From a virus, in the IMG/VR virus record IMGVR_UViG_3300034630_000009, positions 8,211 through 72,210 of that record: a DNA stretch of 64,000 nucleotides; one strand, 5' to 3'. How positions within the stretch are numbered: position 1 is the first letter of the stretch; each line of letters opens with the position of its first letter. The notes beneath the pieces are model-generated. The model was not told where the DNA came from. It ran no database searches and worked only from the letters and a program-made list of their open reading frames with translations. The translations under genes were made by a program, and so were the position numbers. Below are positions 10,470 through 20,986 of this stretch, piece by piece.

Positions 10470-11075
10470 TTACATCACGCTGAAGCCAGTCGTCGGGGTC
10501 ACGGTGCCCAAGCGGACTAACACCAAAGAACCAGCAGAGCAGGCTTCATAAGCTCTGGCACCCGGCAGCAATTCGCAGCCCACCTGCGCCCCAGCCGCCG
10601 TGCCTGTAAACCCTTTGCGAATTTGCCCTAATTGGCTACCGCTCAGAGATGCCGTAGCAAAACGATAGGCAATCAAATCACCCGGATTCAGCGCTTCTTC
10701 GGAGTACATGACAATATCGCCCATCGTCATCGTTTCAACCAGTACGTTAGTTAGGGCGGGATAGCCAACTGCGTTTTCAGGGATGGTGCCCGATGCCTGC
10801 AAGCCGCTCTGCTGCTTGAGCAAATCGCGCAGATACAAGCCCCAGCGTTCATTGAAGATGTTGACACCCAGAATCAGGTGAGTGGCATCGGCGGCTTGCG
10901 TTGGTAGCACCGCTTTGCCGTTGACCAGATGCGTGACGCGACCAAAAGGCAGCACACCCGTTTCGCCGTTGGGTGTATTGACGATCGCGCCATCAAGGCG
11001 ACGGATGGAAGTATCACCAACCTGTCCTTCCGTAAGCCACTTGTTTTGACGGTAGCCGACAGTGGTTTGAGGCAT
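10470..11075 (-). CDS. Capsid decoration/cement protein
   Basis: LPFGR motif; lies between scaffold and major capsid genes. Confidence 0.7.
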   Translation of the reverse strand: MPQTTVGYRQNKWLTEGQVGDTSIRRLDGAIVNTPNGETGVLPFGRVTHLVNGKAVLPTQAADATHLILGVNIFNERWGLYLRDLLKQQSGLQASGTIPENAVGYPALTNVLVETMTMGDIVMYSEEALNPGDLIAYRFATASLSGSQLGQIRKGFTGTAAGAQVGCELLPGARAYEACSAGSLVLVRLGTVTPTTGFSVM

Positions 11076-11081
11076 AAAGCG

Positions 11082-12515
11082 TTACTCCATAGAAGATTGA
11101 GCGTTGGCACGGATGCGATCGGCACGTTTTTTCTTGGCTACCGCCATTGCCATCTCCGGGTTGCCGCCATCGCTGCGTTGGGCTTGGTTCAGCAGATCGA
11201 GCAGGTTATCAGAGCTATCCTTGCGCGTCACCTCCTTTAACCCAGGCGCGATCGTGTCCCACACCGCGTTGATGTAGTCTGCCGATTTACCATCCAGATT
11301 GAGGTGCGGCATTTTTTTGGCGATCGCCAGCTTCCGCACGTCCGCCACAGGCAGCTTGTAATCGGGCTGAAAGTCGGGCGCATCTAGTCGCAGCAAGGGT
11401 AGCACCGCATTCCACGCATCGGCACGATTCGAGACCTCAGCCGCGATCGTGTCGGCATCCATGCGGTTCCCTTCAGCAGCATCCAACTTGGTTTGCAGTT
11501 CGACAACTTGCGATTGTAGCCCTGTGGCAGTGCCATCAGCCGCGTCCAGTTTCGCTTGCAGCCCAGTTGTTTTTTGGTTTAGTCCCTCTACCGCTGCATC
11601 AGCAGAGTCGTAGCCGAGCGTTTTCCAAAGTTCCATAGCGTCCTCATCGGGGTTGTCGTCGCATTCACAGTCTTTTTCTCTGACCGCTTCAACCAGCCTA
11701 GAAAGCTCGTCGTGAAGGTGGGTGTTATCGTCTTTAAGCCAGCCGATCTGACCAATCAGATCCAGTACTTCACCAGCCAGCTTTTCATCTTCAAGGTTGA
11801 AAACTCTGCCACTGGGAAAGGCGATCATGTCGTCTGCGTTCGTATTGACTGATTGTTCCTGCGCGCTCGATCGCTTGCCCAAGTCGTAAAGCTGCCGTTG
11901 CTGAATATCTTTAAAAACTTCTCTCACCGTTTCGCTGTCAGCGTTATAGAGGTCGGTGGGTGCGTCGGTTTGATACCAATACTCAAACTCATCAGCCCCA
12001 TCCACATGGAAGCGGACATCGGAGCCAGCCCGACCACGCGGCACGATCGCCACATGATTCCCATCCCGCCTGATCTGCTCAAACTTCCCATCGCCGCGTT
12101 GCCTGGTGGCTGTGTCGTACCCGCAACTGGCTTCGGTCGCTGTACCAGAAAGGAGCGCATCCACCGCCTGCTTGTCGGTAACGGTGCCCACAAACCCCAG
12201 AAAATCGCCATCAATCACGGCATAATGCCCCAGCATCCCGCGCCCGTACTGCATCACGTTGTCCGATCGCACTTTCACGGGCGGATGGGGATAGGTGATC
12301 GGCTTCATCTTGAAGCTGTCGATCGAGTCCTTGGCAAACAACACTTCAGGCGTGACCACTTCGATCCGTTCGGTGCCGTCCAGGTTGCGGTAGGACAAAT
12401 CGCCTGTGCCACCGATACGCAAAAAACAACGCAAAAAGCCCTCCGAAGTCGGTTCTGGCTTCGGAGGGAGGAGAATGGCACCACGATCGCAGTGAAAGGT
12501 TGATTCAGCGGACAT
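11082..12515 (-). CDS. DUF2213 prohead protease/scaffold protein
   Basis: SFKMKPITYPHP, EASCGY, NHVAIVPRGRAG motifs plus C-terminal coiled coil. Confidence 0.88.
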   Translation of the reverse strand: MSAESTFHCDRGAILLPPKPEPTSEGFLRCFLRIGGTGDLSYRNLDGTERIEVVTPEVLFAKDSIDSFKMKPITYPHPPVKVRSDNVMQYGRGMLGHYAVIDGDFLGFVGTVTDKQAVDALLSGTATEASCGYDTATRQRGDGKFEQIRRDGNHVAIVPRGRAGSDVRFHVDGADEFEYWYQTDAPTDLYNADSETVREVFKDIQQRQLYDLGKRSSAQEQSVNTNADDMIAFPSGRVFNLEDEKLAGEVLDLIGQIGWLKDDNTHLHDELSRLVEAVREKDCECDDNPDEDAMELWKTLGYDSADAAVEGLNQKTTGLQAKLDAADGTATGLQSQVVELQTKLDAAEGNRMDADTIAAEVSNRADAWNAVLPLLRLDAPDFQPDYKLPVADVRKLAIAKKMPHLNLDGKSADYINAVWDTIAPGLKEVTRKDSSDNLLDLLNQAQRSDGGNPEMAMAVAKKKRADRIRANAQSSME

Positions 12516-12632
12516 GAAGCGGTTGCATTAGTTCAGCGCGATCGTTCCCACTTACAAGACGTTTAGCCGGAATGCCCACATACGTATCATCTGACTCTAG
12601 ATCGCGAGTGACTACAGCCCCAGCGCCAATTG

Positions 12633-12875
12633 TCATTGCAACCCAGGCAGGTTGATCGGGTCTTGCGAAAACTTCAGCAGGCTCTCTAGGGATACGGGAG
12701 ACAGTTCTTCTGAGGCTGGGTCATCTGTGCGGCTAAGCGCTACAACAGGCGCGTCACTGCCCTGTTCTTTGCCCACTAACACTAACGTCACGCCACCCAC
12801 GTCACCCACAGGCTTGATTTGGTCATCGGGCAGGAAGTCCACGTCAGGGAAGCGATCGCGGTTCTTAATTGGCAT
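12633..12875 (-). CDS. Small acidic protein, candidate immunity protein
   Basis: 80 aa, second small gene after the toxin-like fusion. Confidence 0.5.
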   Translation of the reverse strand: MPIKNRDRFPDVDFLPDDQIKPVGDVGGVTLVLVGKEQGSDAPVVALSRTDDPASEELSPVSLESLLKFSQDPINLPGLQ

Positions 12876-13161
12876 TGTCGTCTCCTGCTTTGTCTAGCCC
12901 CATAATTGTCTCTAGCTGCCCTGGTTGATCGTAAGGATAAGAGATCTTCAGCCGCTCAGCTTCAGCGATCGATGCCTCGCATTGAGCAAAGATTTTTTGG
13001 ATCTGGGGTGGCAGGTTAGCCTCTGTGTCTGCCTTTACGCAGTCGTTGATGAGGCGATCGCGCACAGCATCTCCATTGTCCGGTTCCTTGCTAATTTGAT
13101 AGCGGAACAACGGACTACCCATGATCAGCGCCAGCTTCCGGCTCAGTTCAGCTTGCATCAA
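12865..13161 (-). CDS. Small protein, candidate immunity protein
   Basis: 98 aa, overlaps the stop codon of the portal-MuF-toxin gene. Confidence 0.55.
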   Translation of the reverse strand: MMQAELSRKLALIMGSPLFRYQISKEPDNGDAVRDRLINDCVKADTEANLPPQIQKIFAQCEASIAEAERLKISYPYDQPGQLETIMGLDKAGDDNAN

Positions 13162-16100
13162 AGCGCACCCGTTTTCTTTGCTTTGGTATAATCCAACTCA
13201 TCTTTCTGAATCACGACCTTACTGCGGTTGAGCAGGGTCATAAAGGTCTTCTTTTCGTAGCTTTGATTGAGCGCTACGGCATCATACCCTTTGATCATAG
13301 CAAAATAGCTAATGCCGTTTGTATCGCCCAAATTTAAGCCCATGACGTGTTTGACTGCATCGATTTTGTCACGGAGCGCTTTCAGCTTTTGCTGTGTTAC
13401 CTGGCTCGTCTGACCAGGAGCATGGGTTAACCCTGCTGCCTTCAAAGCATCTTCAGTAGACTTGCGAGCGATCGCCGCCCTGTGTCCTTTGTCGAGTGCT
13501 TCCTTTCTGGTTTTGACCTTCTGCCAACTGCCATTTTCATCCTGGTAGTGCCAGTCTTTTTGAGAGTGCCCCATGATCGCACCGAACAAATCCTGCTCCG
13601 ACTTGATCTGAAAATCAAGCTTGCTGCCTTTAGCGGTACTTGCGGCAGAGTAGCTGTGAAGCTCTTCTGCGCCAAAGTTAGTCTGTATTTTCCCAGTTAA
13701 TTTGGGTTTGGCTGTACCGAACTCAGCGTCGTTATCGAGCGACGCTTTGGCGTGAGCAGCGTTGTACTTCTGCAAGTCTGCTGCATTCAAGTTTTGCCCT
13801 GCGGATTGTATTCGCTTTTCTTCTGCCTTTTGCAAGACTTGTAATTTTTTCAGCGCGGCTTTGCGCTGGCTTTGGATGGCTGACTGTGTGGCAACCTTGG
13901 CATCCTTGGTCAGAGCCATCTGCATGGTGACGCTGCTGGAGTTGATGTAGTTATGTTTGGCAACGTCATCAAACGCCCGTTTAGCATCTGCGGTCGCCGT
14001 TTTAGAATCGTGCCCCACAAACTTGCCGTTGACGATCGTGCCAGCGTGACCAACATACGTGCCATTCCCGTAGATGCCATTACCTGTAAAGTAATCGCCC
14101 GTTTGGAACTGTTTTAAGAATTGAGTGCGATCGGTGGTGCCTTGATTCACCCCGCGCACCATCAACGTCCCGCCGTCCTGCCATGTCTTAGTCACGTCAG
14201 CACTCGATCCGACCGTTGGCTTACCGTCATATCCGGCAATTTGGTACATCGCCTTGAGATACTTATCCCGCTCACCCGATGCCATTTTGACTGTGGCGGC
14301 GTGAGTCGCAATAGTATCAACGTGTGTAAAAATGCCCTGCAAGTCGCCTTTGTCGAGAGCGTCATTCAGGTTGTGGAGAGCGTGATCGGTCGGTGGCGTG
14401 ATGATGTGATCGACTTCCTGACTGGAAAGCTTTTTGCCACTGACATACAGATCAACATTGTTTGCTTTGGCAAATTTTGCTACGTCTGCTGATGGTCGAT
14501 CACTCACACCTGACGGCTCAAAGTGAATCGCAGCAATATCGGACGGTTTCACCCCACCATGCACCTGAGCCTCCATGTAAGCGTTGCCCGTAGGTGACAG
14601 CTTCGGTGCCAGATCGTCAATACTCTTTGCTTTGGCAGCATTTTGGAGGGCGGACTGGTCGTTCTGATCACCCTTCATGTAAGAGGGGTAGTGCGCGGGT
14701 AGCTGGTCGCGATCGTAGCCATGTCGTGTCAGGCTAACCAACGAAGCTGCGTTGGGGTTGTTTACTTCGCTAGCGATGCCTGACTTAAACGAATCGGCTC
14801 CAGTAAAGCTGGCACGGTCTTTGACATCGGACTTTAGCTTGACCGCGATCGAGCCATACGCTCGCGAGACATCGGCGTGAGACTGTCCATTCAGGTCGCT
14901 GCTTCCCAGATAGCCATAGATCGGGCGATCACCGGGCTGGGTCGTTTTCGCGTCGTAACCCAGTGTTCTCGCCTCCACTCGGTTCCGTGCATCTTGATAG
15001 TTCTTGTCTGCCAGGTTAGGGATACTATGTCCCGTGACGTTTAGCTCTGCCGATGTCTTGAAACCGCTGCCCAACACTTTTTCAAGCGTATCGGTCGATC
15101 CCACTCTCACAAACACATCGGCATCGCTTAGCACTTTCTTTGTGTTTGCTTCAGCATCCTGCACCAGCTTCTTGCCGAAACGTTTCTCCAGATCGGCGCG
15201 CTTACTGGTCAATTCGGTTTGATTGAGCTTGACTGGGTTGGCAGGCTGCGCTGGAGTTGTGCTGGAGATCGGAGTGTTGTTGGACTGAGCTTTTGAGGTC
15301 GATCGCTTGCCAGTCTGTTTTGCTGCCTTCGACTTTGCGGCGGTTTGGGCTGGAGCTGCACCACCGCCCCCGGATGGCAACGGCGTTTTGCCGCCGTGCT
15401 GCGAGTGAGCCGCCGCGTAAGCAGCGTGATCCGGGTGGTTAGACTGCGCGGCTGGATGCGTATGCTTGCCAGTCGTCGCCGCCATTGTGCCCTGATAAGC
15501 CGCGTGCCCTGGATGGTTGGGGTTAGCTGATGGATGCCCACCCGAAACACCTTTGGTGCACTTAGCTCCCGCCTTGATCCAACTCCGACCGCACGGCGTA
15601 CCAGCATCTTCACGCCACTCATCGCATTCAAAGCTGTCCGATCGCGCTTCTGGAGACCAAACTGGCTCTGGTGCGTCCAGCCCATTTGCCCGTTCAAACG
15701 GTGAAGCGCCGTCATCTGGTTCTAAGCCCTGCGATCGCAACTCTGCTAGTGACTTGGCTCTGAAGTCAGTCGCCCACTTGGTATCAATTAGCCCTAGCTG
15801 AAGCCAGCGCTCAGATGCCGGGGAGGCAAAACAACGACATGCAACGTGGGCTGGTAGCACAATGTCTTCCAACCGATAAATCTTCTGGTTACGGGCGGCG
15901 CAAAAAGGACAAAGGCGTGAGTCCAAAGTTGATTGCCAGGTGCCCAGTGACAACCCATTCGCCTGATAGCTAGCGATCGCACTCGCATTGCTGGCAGCAA
16001 GACTCTCAGTACGAGCAATGGCTGTAGCACGAGCTTTTACCACGCCTAACTGCTGGTGCAACAACGACGCTATTTTGTCCGTTCCAAAACCCTGTATCAG

Positions 16101-18812
16101 CCCTTGCGTGACAATGGTTGATGCTTTGTCTGCAAACGCTTCAGTGTGGTTGCGTAGCCGCGTCATGCCCTCTGTTGCTTGATTCACGATCGCGGCTATA
16201 GGCACATTCGCCGTTGCCTGTAACTGCTGATTGGCGATCGCTCTGCTCAAGTCATCCGCCAGCGTCACCCCTTGAGCAGCCGCACCCCGCAACAGGTCTT
16301 CAAAGGCTTGCTGGATGTCTTCAGCGCTACGTGTGTTGAGGAGTTGCAGCAGGTCAGACACCTGCAAGAGCAAGACCGCTGCTCGTTCACGACCCATGAG
16401 AGAGCCGGGTGTCTCCTGGCTGTAACTCCGCAGTATTTGCGCTTCTAACGCCTGGTAGCTGGATTCTAAAGCGCTGTTGACACGCTCGATCGCGCTATCC
16501 TCTAGTCCCTGGAGCAATTTGTCAGCGCGATCGATAATGCCGACGACTGGGTTTACCGCATCAATACGGCTCGTTCCACCAGTCGTTGTGGACTTTGGGA
16601 GTGTGCGATCGCTGCCTCCATCATCAGAATCAGCCCTGCCGTGACGCTCTTTGATGTCAGCAATTAATTTTCCGTAACGAGGCACCTTATACAAAGGATC
16701 GTCGTGAATGGCTTTGCCTGCTTCTGCTGCAAAAGCATTCTTCTGGCTATCGCTCAAGCGATCGTAGATTTGAGCCGAATATTCTAGTACCGCTCGATTG
16801 TTTTCACCGCCAGCCACCCCTCTCATGCCCTGCCGCAGATTCGCTCCAGCATCCCGTACCTGGTCTGCATCCAACGACTGCTTGCCCCTGAGTCTACGTT
16901 GATCCTGCGTTCTGTCAAGCGCTGCTTCTGTACTGCCATTTGGATCGATTGGATGCAGCAATGCGTTCTTGTAGGCTTTATCACCCGCGTCGGATAGATC
17001 GAGTTTCGCAAGTTCAGCCAAGCGGCTTTTTACTTCAAAACTGCTGTGTCCATTTGCTTCTAGCGTTTCTTTATCACTTTTTGTTTTGGCAGGTTTAGCT
17101 TTAAGGGCAGCAAGTCTCTCTCGCGTGCTAGTCCTTGAACCGCTTTTGTTCTTTGCTGAGCGAGCCTTTGCAGAGTTAGTTTTTACCTTTGGCAGTTCTT
17201 GAGGCGCGATTTCACCCTTGCCACCATGCACTGCAAATCCAGCTTTGTACGCCGCATGATCAGGATGGTCTGATGGTTTAGTGCCTTTCCACCCTTTACC
17301 ACAAGCTGCATCCAGGCGTACTTTATCTAGTCGATCGTCATCGTCATCCTCGTCGTCTTCAAAAACATCACTCAGAGCAGAAACGGTGTCTTCTGTCTCA
17401 TTCTCTCCCTCACCTTCTGCCTCTGCCTCCTCGCCCTCCGCCTCTGCTTGCTCTTCTGCCTCCGCTTGCTGCTTCGCCCATAGATCTGGCTGTAACTGAC
17501 GCTCGATCGTGTACTCACTGCCAGACCAGGCGCTTTCTCGCACCTCTTCTGGTAGTAGCACCCCTGCTTGGATTGAGGGCACATCTACGCCTTGCGTCTG
17601 GTCTTTGCGGAGCTCTGTTTGCTCTTTCAGGTTGAGGCGAAGTGCCGATCGATAGCTCACACCCCAACTATCAGGCAACCGTCCACCTGTTGGTCCGTTT
17701 TGCGCTAGGAAAGTGAGCCGCAAGAAATCCTCGATCGGCTCTTCAAAAATCTCGGCACGGTAATCACTGACGCAATCCGCCCAGCCGTACTTGTCACCTG
17801 TTGCTGAGTTGCTCAATGCCGTCTTCTGCGAACTGCCCCAAAGCTGCGAAGGCGGCATTGCAGCAGCAGCAGAAGTATCATCCTTGAGTCGATCGATCAG
17901 CGCATCCAGTCCGCCAAAGTTGCGGCTGATAAAGGTGCCATCTTCCCGATCGGCATCCATTGCCAGCCCACCCAGGCTAGACATCGACATCAAAATGGCT
18001 TGAAACCGATGGAAGATCTTTTCCTGGTCGCCTGACTGAATCAGTTGCGCCAACCCTTGCAACTTGTAGACAAACTGGTTGTAATCCTGCACCATGCGCG
18101 TCGAATACTCGATCGCAATCAGGTAGCGCACAAAGCTCTGGAAAAACGTTTGCAGCACTGAATCATGGAAGCCCGATGAACCAATCAGCATGTCGCCCCA
18201 GAGCCTTTTGCCAGGGAAGCGGAGGACACGCGATCGATGAATCTTGCCGTTTACCTGTTGTCCAGGTAATGCTTCTGTTGCGGGCACGTAAAGGCTATAA
18301 AGTTCAGGGTGCCCTGGTCGTCCTGTTTGCGTTTCAGGATAGATACGCCAGCGATCGACTGGATACAACCAGGAGATTTTACGGATGCGTCCTTCGTTGA
18401 CAGGTTCCCAAGGTTCACCACCGTCATCGATGCCAATAATCACAAAGCCGTCACCGTCCAGCCGTCCAGCGATCGCGGCTTCACGCACCATGCTTCGCAG
18501 CTTCAAATCTTCGCTGTACTGCACCGCTTTGGCAGGGATACCTTTGCGTCCCTTACCGATCGTCACCTCTAGCCAGTTGTTAGCAGTAGCAGCTTTGGGC
18601 AGCAGATCCACCACTTTCTCGCAGATTTTGCTCTTACGGTAGAGCGCTTGCAGTTCGACTCGCGAGAGCGGTGAGAAGTTGAGATTGATGTTGTGCTCTA
18701 AATACTTGTCGCGTCCCTGTTGCCCTAATCCTGTCGCACGGTTGCCTAGCATCGCCAGGGCATTGAGGGCAACACCATCATTGCGTATTTCAGTAATCGC
18801 CGAATCGGTCAT
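13158..18812 (-). CDS. Portal (DUF1073) + MuF minor head protein + DUF3626-like and ART-like C-terminal domains
   Basis: Portal: IHRSRVLRF, FGGLD; MuF: RATAIARTE, DSRLCPFC, PAHVACRC; DUF3626-like: RPIYGYL, RASFTGADS, YMEAQVHGG; ART-like: VRG, GIYGNGTY, GYDAV..LLNRS. Confidence 0.85.
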   Translation of the reverse strand: MTDSAITEIRNDGVALNALAMLGNRATGLGQQGRDKYLEHNINLNFSPLSRVELQALYRKSKICEKVVDLLPKAATANNWLEVTIGKGRKGIPAKAVQYSEDLKLRSMVREAAIAGRLDGDGFVIIGIDDGGEPWEPVNEGRIRKISWLYPVDRWRIYPETQTGRPGHPELYSLYVPATEALPGQQVNGKIHRSRVLRFPGKRLWGDMLIGSSGFHDSVLQTFFQSFVRYLIAIEYSTRMVQDYNQFVYKLQGLAQLIQSGDQEKIFHRFQAILMSMSSLGGLAMDADREDGTFISRNFGGLDALIDRLKDDTSAAAAMPPSQLWGSSQKTALSNSATGDKYGWADCVSDYRAEIFEEPIEDFLRLTFLAQNGPTGGRLPDSWGVSYRSALRLNLKEQTELRKDQTQGVDVPSIQAGVLLPEEVRESAWSGSEYTIERQLQPDLWAKQQAEAEEQAEAEGEEAEAEGEGENETEDTVSALSDVFEDDEDDDDDRLDKVRLDAACGKGWKGTKPSDHPDHAAYKAGFAVHGGKGEIAPQELPKVKTNSAKARSAKNKSGSRTSTRERLAALKAKPAKTKSDKETLEANGHSSFEVKSRLAELAKLDLSDAGDKAYKNALLHPIDPNGSTEAALDRTQDQRRLRGKQSLDADQVRDAGANLRQGMRGVAGGENNRAVLEYSAQIYDRLSDSQKNAFAAEAGKAIHDDPLYKVPRYGKLIADIKERHGRADSDDGGSDRTLPKSTTTGGTSRIDAVNPVVGIIDRADKLLQGLEDSAIERVNSALESSYQALEAQILRSYSQETPGSLMGRERAAVLLLQVSDLLQLLNTRSAEDIQQAFEDLLRGAAAQGVTLADDLSRAIANQQLQATANVPIAAIVNQATEGMTRLRNHTEAFADKASTIVTQGLIQGFGTDKIASLLHQQLGVVKARATAIARTESLAASNASAIASYQANGLSLGTWQSTLDSRLCPFCAARNQKIYRLEDIVLPAHVACRCFASPASERWLQLGLIDTKWATDFRAKSLAELRSQGLEPDDGASPFERANGLDAPEPVWSPEARSDSFECDEWREDAGTPCGRSWIKAGAKCTKGVSGGHPSANPNHPGHAAYQGTMAATTGKHTHPAAQSNHPDHAAYAAAHSQHGGKTPLPSGGGGAAPAQTAAKSKAAKQTGKRSTSKAQSNNTPISSTTPAQPANPVKLNQTELTSKRADLEKRFGKKLVQDAEANTKKVLSDADVFVRVGSTDTLEKVLGSGFKTSAELNVTGHSIPNLADKNYQDARNRVEARTLGYDAKTTQPGDRPIYGYLGSSDLNGQSHADVSRAYGSIAVKLKSDVKDRASFTGADSFKSGIASEVNNPNAASLVSLTRHGYDRDQLPAHYPSYMKGDQNDQSALQNAAKAKSIDDLAPKLSPTGNAYMEAQVHGGVKPSDIAAIHFEPSGVSDRPSADVAKFAKANNVDLYVSGKKLSSQEVDHIITPPTDHALHNLNDALDKGDLQGIFTHVDTIATHAATVKMASGERDKYLKAMYQIAGYDGKPTVGSSADVTKTWQDGGTLMVRGVNQGTTDRTQFLKQFQTGDYFTGNGIYGNGTYVGHAGTIVNGKFVGHDSKTATADAKRAFDDVAKHNYINSSSVTMQMALTKDAKVATQSAIQSQRKAALKKLQVLQKAEEKRIQSAGQNLNAADLQKYNAAHAKASLDNDAEFGTAKPKLTGKIQTNFGAEELHSYSAASTAKGSKLDFQIKSEQDLFGAIMGHSQKDWHYQDENGSWQKVKTRKEALDKGHRAAIARKSTEDALKAAGLTHAPGQTSQVTQQKLKALRDKIDAVKHVMGLNLGDTNGISYFAMIKGYDAVALNQSYEKKTFMTLLNRSKVVIQKDELDYTKAKKTGAL

Positions 18813-18850
18813 CTACAGTAAGAAACGCTTTGAGGCGAGAGTTCCTACTG

Positions 18851-19264
18851 TTATGGACCCGCAAAGATTGACATCACCGCACTGCCAGGATTCAGCACTG
18901 CACTAAACCCGTCTGGTACGGTCAGCCCCAGCGATCGATCCAAACGTTGCTGCTGCTCCATATAGCCCTGCACGAGGGCAGGCAAATTGAACAGCGTCTG
19001 CGCCGTACCCTTTGGTTCGCTCACAGTTAAACTTTGGAAGGTGGCACCATCGGCACTCACGATCGACTGATCCGATCGGTTTGTTCTGATCAACGTACTA
19101 CCGACAAAATATGGTCGATAGGTTTTGGTACCAGTGGAGTCTGTGCCAGCGCTGTCTGACAGCATGAGATTGACACGATAGTCGCTGATGGTAGCACTAT
19201 CGATGCTGGTCAGTTCTCGTACCAGTGCCAGCATTGCCGTTGCGTCGGTGTATGCATTTGCCAT
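18851..19264 (-). CDS. Putative head-tail adaptor
   Basis: 137 aa, YRPYFV and SADGATF motifs; between terminase and portal. Confidence 0.55.
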   Translation of the reverse strand: MANAYTDATAMLALVRELTSIDSATISDYRVNLMLSDSAGTDSTGTKTYRPYFVGSTLIRTNRSDQSIVSADGATFQSLTVSEPKGTAQTLFNLPALVQGYMEQQQRLDRSLGLTVPDGFSAVLNPGSAVMSIFAGP

Positions 19265-20572
19265 TTACCATTCTCCTACCCAGTTGCCGCTAAGCTGACT
19301 CTTAATCAAGGGAGACAGCGCATAACGTGCGCTGTCGATCGCGTGATTGTGTTTATCGACAATGGCTGGCAGAATGTCGCCCGCAGCATTTGTCTTGTAC
19401 CGATACAACCTGCATTCTTCAGCAAAATGCGTGCAGCGCTGATGTACTACTATCTTGTCAAAATTCCTGAGAAAAGCAATCCCGTCCTCTACCGAGCCTG
19501 CCCACTTATCGGCGGCAACCAAGTAGGGTATACCAGGACGATCGCGCTTTTGCTGCGAGACATGGCTAATCGATTCTGGTCGTGAGTTATCGGCACGGAC
19601 TGTGTGTTTTTCAATCTCTGGGAGGTCACGCATCCAGCGATCGGCAGTCTGGTCTAACTCTAGCTGTAACGCCCAGGATTCGTACTCTACCCACAAACAT
19701 TGATCATAAATCCAGAGCTTCACGGCTGCGGTCGGGTCAGCGGCAAAGCCCCAGTCGGCTCCAAAGTAGGGACCATCCCAGTCGCTACCTGGTACAAATT
19801 CATCCAGCCGCCACTTGTCGCCAAAGATTTGGAGCTGCGATTTGATGTTGTAGCCACCCTGCCAGACGTGTTGGTAATAATCAGTGTCGCGCTGACGGTC
19901 AAGTGCCATCTCTGCCAGTGATTCAGCAGGTAGCAGCGGATTCTGGTCGTAGTTCACTGAGACAACGATCGCGCCTTCTGGTACACCTGTTTCGCCACGA
20001 AAGAAATGATCAACAGCATCAGTGGGTTGATCGGGGTTCCAGGTAAACCAGATCTCCGAACCAGGGGTGCGAATGGTAGGGCGGAGGAGAGTGAGCGATC
20101 GGGCGCTCAAGTTCTGCGCTTCTTCGACCCAGGCAAGACCGAATCCTTCCAATGATTTGATGGAATCGGCTGTGTGGTCTTGCATCCCTTGAAAAATGCA
20201 AATGCCGTTGCCGCCCTTGCGCCTGATTTCAGTAGTAAGAATGGTAAACAGGTGCCTCACTCCCATCTCTTGAATTTTCTTCTCCAGTAGCGCTTTAGCG
20301 GAGAATTTGAGCGATTTTTGAATCTCACGAATACAGACCACTCGCAGATCTGGTTCTGCCACCATGCGCTGTACCGCTTTTTCAGCAAAGTGATGGGACT
20401 TACCCGCACTACGCCCCCCGTAAGCTGCCTTGTAGCGTGATGACTCCTTGAAAGGCAACGCCCAGTCTGGAATCTGAAGTTGTAGGTGAATAGGCTGCGA
20501 TCGCGGCTTCACAGGCGGCAACCACTTATTCAGTCGCTTCTCTCTCCGCTCTAGCCGCTCTAAGCCTTTCAT
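19265..20572 (-). CDS. terL: Terminase large subunit (PBSX family)
   Basis: GGRSAGKS Walker A, WVEEA Walker B, TWNP, GADWG, NHAIDSARYA. Confidence 0.95.
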   Translation of the reverse strand: MKGLERLERREKRLNKWLPPVKPRSQPIHLQLQIPDWALPFKESSRYKAAYGGRSAGKSHHFAEKAVQRMVAEPDLRVVCIREIQKSLKFSAKALLEKKIQEMGVRHLFTILTTEIRRKGGNGICIFQGMQDHTADSIKSLEGFGLAWVEEAQNLSARSLTLLRPTIRTPGSEIWFTWNPDQPTDAVDHFFRGETGVPEGAIVVSVNYDQNPLLPAESLAEMALDRQRDTDYYQHVWQGGYNIKSQLQIFGDKWRLDEFVPGSDWDGPYFGADWGFAADPTAAVKLWIYDQCLWVEYESWALQLELDQTADRWMRDLPEIEKHTVRADNSRPESISHVSQQKRDRPGIPYLVAADKWAGSVEDGIAFLRNFDKIVVHQRCTHFAEECRLYRYKTNAAGDILPAIVDKHNHAIDSARYALSPLIKSQLSGNWVGEW

Positions 20573-20915
20573 CTACCATTTTTTGTGTGAGTGCTATGTC
20601 TGCCAACGTTTCAGCGGCTCCGGTTATGGCAGCGATTGCCTCTGGTTTAGCGGGATCTGCCTGCTGCCCTGCCTGCTTCAAGAAATTGATGCAACTAGCT
20701 AAAGCAGCAGGTAAATCTTCAGCCCACTGTTCATCCTTAGCTTGCCTCAAATCCCGGAAAAATTCCCTAAACTTGCTGTCAGTTTCGAGCCTAACACGCC
20801 ACCCTTCGATAGACTTGACGGTCACTTCGTATTTTTCCGCAGCCGCACGATCGCCCATCAAAATCGCATCGACCAAGGCTTTCGCTGCACGCTCTTTGTT
20901 GAATTCTCTAGACAT
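20526..20915 (-). CDS. Terminase small subunit
   Basis: N-terminal HTH; directly upstream of and overlapping terL. Confidence 0.7.
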   Translation of the reverse strand: MSREFNKERAAKALVDAILMGDRAAAEKYEVTVKSIEGWRVRLETDSKFREFFRDLRQAKDEQWAEDLPAALASCINFLKQAGQQADPAKPEAIAAITGAAETLADIALTQKMVDERLRAARAEREATE

Positions 20916-20965
20916 AAATCAATCATTCCCCGCTCTCTGAGGGATTGCCCCAGATAACTAAAAGA

Positions 20966-20986
20966 AAACCCTGCCACAGCAGGGTT
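20966..20986. terminator. Hairpin AACCCTGC-CACA-GCAGGGTT, probable terminator of leftward transcript
   Basis: Inverted repeat followed by a T-tract on the minus strand. Confidence 0.6.

Noticed and set aside
17450-18812. Anti-CBASS Acb1 label sometimes given to DUF1073 proteins
   Set aside because: Position and motifs indicate a portal; no 2H phosphoesterase HxT pair recognised
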